A stretch of 64,000 nt of DNA from Alphaproteobacteria bacterium. GTDB taxonomy: Bacteria > Pseudomonadota > Alphaproteobacteria > Rickettsiales > SXRF01. The stretch lies in NCBI GenBank assembly GCA_039808985.1, contig JBDHUC010000003.1, positions 18,523 through 82,522 on the forward strand. Reading direction: 5' to 3'. The notes under the pieces are model-generated. The model saw only the letters and a program-made list of their open reading frames with translations, searched no databases and had not been told where the DNA came from. This document shows positions 60,827 to 64,000 of the stretch, piece by piece. Positions within the stretch are counted from its first letter, which is position 1; the number at the start of each line of letters is the position of its first letter. Both the position numbers and the translations under genes were made by a program.

Positions 60827-62616
60827 TCATAATATCACCGATATTGCAAAACATGCGGAAACGTAACCCTATAGCTTACCGCGATAATGTAATAATAATA
60901 AAGATAATGTCGCCTCTTGTCCTGGTTGTATTGCTGGGGCTTTATTTTAATGAGTTCGTATGGCGCGCCATCGAAGCCGACTTTGCCATAAGTGGCGCAA
61001 TCTTATCCAGTACAATCTATGGAACGTTTATAATCCTGCAGAGGCTACGTAATGCACAACAGGATTTTCGTATTATAGAACGCTTCGGGCAGGAAGCCCA
61101 TTCCGGGGTTCCGATGAAGGAATTGCTTGATGAGCCATGGATACGTGACCGTTATGTACGCCATTACCTGAAGCATATCGCAGAAACAGGCGGGACACTC
61201 AGCTCGCAGCTTGACCAGAACGCAATAGAAAGCGAGCTGCATGCATTGCAGGCAGATTACGACAGCAAGCTTGAATTCCCGCAATTCCTTGTTGGTTTCA
61301 TGATTGCTATGGGGTTGCTTGGAACATTCATCGGACTGCTTGAAACGCTTACCGGTATTTCTGCAATGCTTGGCTCAATGGGCTCAGGAACAGCAAGCGC
61401 CGAAGAGCAGTTCAAGGGGCTGGTAAGCGAGTTGCGCAAACCTCTTGCGGGTATGGGTATCGCGTTTTCAGCATCCATGTTCGGCCTGATTGCAAGCCTC
61501 ATGCTTTCTATAATGATGACCAACCTGCGGCATTTTATAAGCCGTGTTGTCATGTGCGCCCGCAACGTAATGCACGACCTCACAGAAATAACCCGTAAAT
61601 CACAGCCTAACCAGCATAGCCATGGCACGGGTGAAACAGACGGCAGAGATAGGGCCGGTAGGAATAGTGATGATGCAGGGTTCGGCCTTTCAACCCGCAA
61701 TAGCGGGAACATACTGCTTGCCAGCCGCATGGACCAGCTCCTGAAAAAACTGGAAATAGTTATAAAATCATTCGAAAACAGTATAGCCGGAACTGCAAAG
61801 ACAAACGAACTTCTGGGATTTGGCCCACGTATGAAGGAAACCGCCGAGAATACGCTCGAGGAAATACGCTCGTTATCCTCATCAAACCTTGAACAGCAAA
61901 GGATAATGCAGCAGATAGCCGACTCGCAGTCACTGCTGGTAAATGCAATTAATTCCATTTCCGACACCCAAAGACGTTCACAAACTGAATTATCTAGCAT
62001 TTTCAGGGTAGTTGGTGAAAAACTAGGCTCAATCGAGCAATCGACAATCAGCAGCGGAAGGCATCTTTCAGAAATCAGGGAAGGTGTTAACAATATGGAG
62101 GTATTGCAATCACCATTTAAGGCCATGATGGCTGATATTGACCGGCAAAGCACCCTTTTTGAAGAGCTTGTTGTCGAGGAACGGAGCATAAAAGACCTTA
62201 TGGTTCTGGTGCTTGACACGCACCGCCGTTCGCAAACCGAGGTTATAAACTCGCTAAGGATTGTAGTAGAACGTGCGCATTCCATAGAAAAGACCAATAT
62301 CGGAACAGGCCGTCATTTATTTGAAATTAAGGAATTATTTACCAATTTCGGCGCATTATATGGTATGGTGGAAACTATGTCTTCAAACATAAACCACCAC
62401 ACTATATTATTTGAAGAAATGATTGCAGAGGCACGGAGAATAAAAGACTCAACCGGGACAGCAAAAGAAGGAAACGCAGAAGTAGTTGATGGGGACATAG
62501 AGGAGATTGACCTGGATAAAATAGACCTTAGCAATATAGATCTGAGCGAGATAGACCCTGATAATATAGATATAAACCAATTGATAAAACGCAGCAGGAC
62601 AGATGATGAAAAATAA
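60823..62616 (+). CDS. MotA/ExbB/TolQ-like proton-channel protein with a long repeat-containing cytoplasmic tail
   Basis: It has 4 predicted TM helices with a ~80-aa loop between TM2 and TM3. The core 'FLVGFMIAMGLLGTFIGLLE...LAGMGIAFSASMFGLIASLMLSI' spans about 61270-61543. A ~350-aa helical tail follows, containing a tandem 84-aa repeat and an acidic 'IDL' repeat end. Confidence 0.7.
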   Translation: MIIISPILQNMRKRNPIAYRDNVIIIKIMSPLVLVVLLGLYFNEFVWRAIEADFAISGAILSSTIYGTFIILQRLRNAQQDFRIIERFGQEAHSGVPMKELLDEPWIRDRYVRHYLKHIAETGGTLSSQLDQNAIESELHALQADYDSKLEFPQFLVGFMIAMGLLGTFIGLLETLTGISAMLGSMGSGTASAEEQFKGLVSELRKPLAGMGIAFSASMFGLIASLMLSIMMTNLRHFISRVVMCARNVMHDLTEITRKSQPNQHSHGTGETDGRDRAGRNSDDAGFGLSTRNSGNILLASRMDQLLKKLEIVIKSFENSIAGTAKTNELLGFGPRMKETAENTLEEIRSLSSSNLEQQRIMQQIADSQSLLVNAINSISDTQRRSQTELSSIFRVVGEKLGSIEQSTISSGRHLSEIREGVNNMEVLQSPFKAMMADIDRQSTLFEELVVEERSIKDLMVLVLDTHRRSQTEVINSLRIVVERAHSIEKTNIGTGRHLFEIKELFTNFGALYGMVETMSSNINHHTILFEEMIAEARRIKDSTGTAKEGNAEVVDGDIEEIDLDKIDLSNIDLSEIDPDNIDINQLIKRSRTDDEK

Positions 62617-62646
62617 ATCGCTGAAATTGGCTTAGGGCAGTAAAAA

Positions 62647-64000
62647 ATGGCGCGTAATATGATAGTACAGCAAAATGAGGCAGGCGTATATGAGCTAGCT
62701 GGTATTACACGCGCTGAAATTACCAAGGTTGATGTTGTCGATATTGATATAATCATCCTTACCAAAAACGGCGATCAGATTGTGCTCCCCGATGCAGGTA
62801 TAGCGTCAATGGGAGAAGTCCCGCCCAAGGTAGCCTTTAAGGACCAGACCATATCGGTCGATGCGTTATTCGCAAGTGTCGGGGCAACCCTGCATAGTGT
62901 TGACAGCTCAACTATAATCACCAGTGCCGACCCGGAAGCAAGCAAAGGCACCATCAGCGAAAAGGAGATGAAGGCTGCCGTTGAAAAAGCCGTTAAGGAG
63001 GCTGTAAAAGAAGCTAAGGCTGAAGCCGAGCATAAGCAGCAGGAGCAACAGCAACACCAGCAACAGCAGACCGCCTCCCTTACAACAAACACCGAAAGCT
63101 CGGTGGAAAATATGGTGGAAAAGGCGCAGAAGATAATTGATAACCTGCATTCGCATGATTACAGCTACGTCCCGCCGCATGAATTCGTCCCGCCTCCGGC
63201 AGCGGCAGCTTCGCCCCCCGGCGTCCCTGCCCCGATCAGCCTGACACCGGTTACAACCCTGTTTATGGGAAACGTGGTCAGCACTACTTATGATACGACG
63301 ACATCACCGGGAACAACGATAATTTATGGCGGCGGCGGGGCTGTTGGGTCGGATTCTTCCGCGCAGATCGGGCCACGAAATGCCTTGCAATTCTCAGCAG
63401 CGACCATTGCCGGAACTTCCGGCAATGACCTGATATATGCCGAAGGCCCGGCTTTGGGAAACTCCAACCCCGCTGTCAGCACTTCCAATTACGCCAAGGA
63501 ATTCATATTGAATGTTGCCGGGTATTTCATAACCCTCAATGACATAGCGTTCTCCGGTGTCCCTGCAGGGGTTACGATAGTTGGTGCAACCAATCATGGC
63601 GGCGGCAACTGGACATTATCCGCTGATTATGTAAAGCACGCCCAATCATTTACAATGGTCTATGATTCAGCGGGAAGCGGCAGCTTCGATATAACAGTTG
63701 ACGTTACCGGGCAAACCACTCGTGGCTCAGCCTTCCATAGCGAGCAGAACTTCCGCTTTCAATATATGGATGTAACCAATGTGAGCCAGGTTACAGATCA
63801 GACCCTAATATATGAGGACCATGGCCACCTGCAGGAAATATATATACTTCCGACTATGGACCAGCCAAACATAATAACACTGGACAGCGGAACAGACACG
63901 GTTTATGGGGGCCGTGGAAGCGACACCATAACCGGAACAACCGGGGATAAAACCGTTTATGCCCGTGAAGGCGATGACAGCGTTGCGCTGGGCAATGGTA
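62647..64000 (+). CDS. N-terminal part of a very large RTX/T1SS-type adhesin (3' end outside window)
   Basis: It is not in the ORF track because the frame is open to the window edge. My hand translation begins MARNMIVQQNEAGVYELAGITRAEITKVDVVDIDIIILTKNGDQIVLPD... It ends in '...VYGGRGSDTITGTTGDKTVYAREGDDSVALGNG' (GGxGxD-type nonapeptides). It lies directly downstream of the TolC/HlyD genes. Confidence 0.75.
   Translation, partial: MARNMIVQQNEAGVYELAGITRAEITKVDVVDIDIIILTKNGDQIVLPDAGIASMGEVPPKVAFKDQTISVDALFASVGATLHSVDSSTIITSADPEASKGTISEKEMKAAVEKAVKEAVKEAKAEAEHKQQEQQQHQQQQTASLTTNTESSVENMVEKAQKIIDNLHSHDYSYVPPHEFVPPPAAAASPPGVPAPISLTPVTTLFMGNVVSTTYDTTTSPGTTIIYGGGGAVGSDSSAQIGPRNALQFSAATIAGTSGNDLIYAEGPALGNSNPAVSTSNYAKEFILNVAGYFITLNDIAFSGVPAGVTIVGATNHGGGNWTLSADYVKHAQSFTMVYDSAGSGSFDITVDVTGQTTRGSAFHSEQNFRFQYMDVTNVSQVTDQTLIYEDHGHLQEIYILPTMDQPNIITLDSGTDTVYGGRGSDTITGTTGDKTVYAREGDDSVALGNG

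Noticed and set aside
59449-62297. Minus-strand ORFs of 270 aa (59449-60261) and 346 aa (61257-62297), Ser-rich, opposite the HlyD and MotA-like genes
   Set aside because: They are antisense to ORFs with clear family motifs and tightly adjoining or overlapping neighbours. Their low-complexity Ser/Arg composition mirrors the Glu/Leu/Ala-rich coiled-coil codons on the other strand.
58843-62616. Calling the MotB-like/MotA-like pair a Zorya (ZorAB) anti-phage system
   Set aside because: No ZorC/ZorD/ZorE-like genes (no helicase, nuclease or HNH) are present. The two genes are separated by a HlyD adaptor and sit inside a TolC/adhesin operon. Only the stator-plus-long-tail architecture is analogous.

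Overview
This window looks like a chromosomal segment from an alphaproteobacterium, possibly host- or amoeba-associated. That guess rests on gene order (nuoA-N followed by birA-coaX; xerD divergent from aroK-aroB; a CckA-like kinase; COQ9; fliR-flhB) and on many small palindromic intergenic repeats. The first 19 kb (minus strand) is a complete 14-gene NADH:quinone oxidoreductase operon. It is interrupted by five unrelated, tightly packed or overlapping inserts (histidine phosphatase, GNAT, a secreted hypothetical protein, a hicB-hicA toxin-antitoxin pair, DedA) and by one MITE-like insertion at the nuoJ/nuoK junction. The middle of the window holds housekeeping genes (queG, grxC, two sensor kinases of which one appears catalytically dead, COQ9, xerD, aroK/aroB, corC, PBP1A). 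It also holds a minimal Ara4N-type lipid A modification cluster (arnT-arnB-arnC ... arnA C-terminal-type decarboxylase) split by an AT-rich three-gene cassette that resembles a toxin/immunity module. After that come an EAL protein, an orphan pilin-like gene, fliR/flhB, a CckA-like kinase split into two ORFs, uvrA, recO (with an in-frame palindromic insert) and parC. Downstream of tRNA-Arg(CCG) lie an archaic Csu/SCPU chaperone-usher pilus operon and the most unusual locus in the window. That locus is a tightly packed operon encoding a TolC-like protein with a long N-terminal extension, a MotB/OmpA-like protein, a T1SS-type HlyD adaptor, a MotA/ExbB-like protein with a roughly 350-aa repeat-containing tail, and a giant RTX-type adhesin that runs off the window. 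No ABC exporter is visible. Several families of MITE/REP-like repeats recur in intergenic regions. No rRNA genes, CRISPR arrays, transposases or prophage genes were seen.
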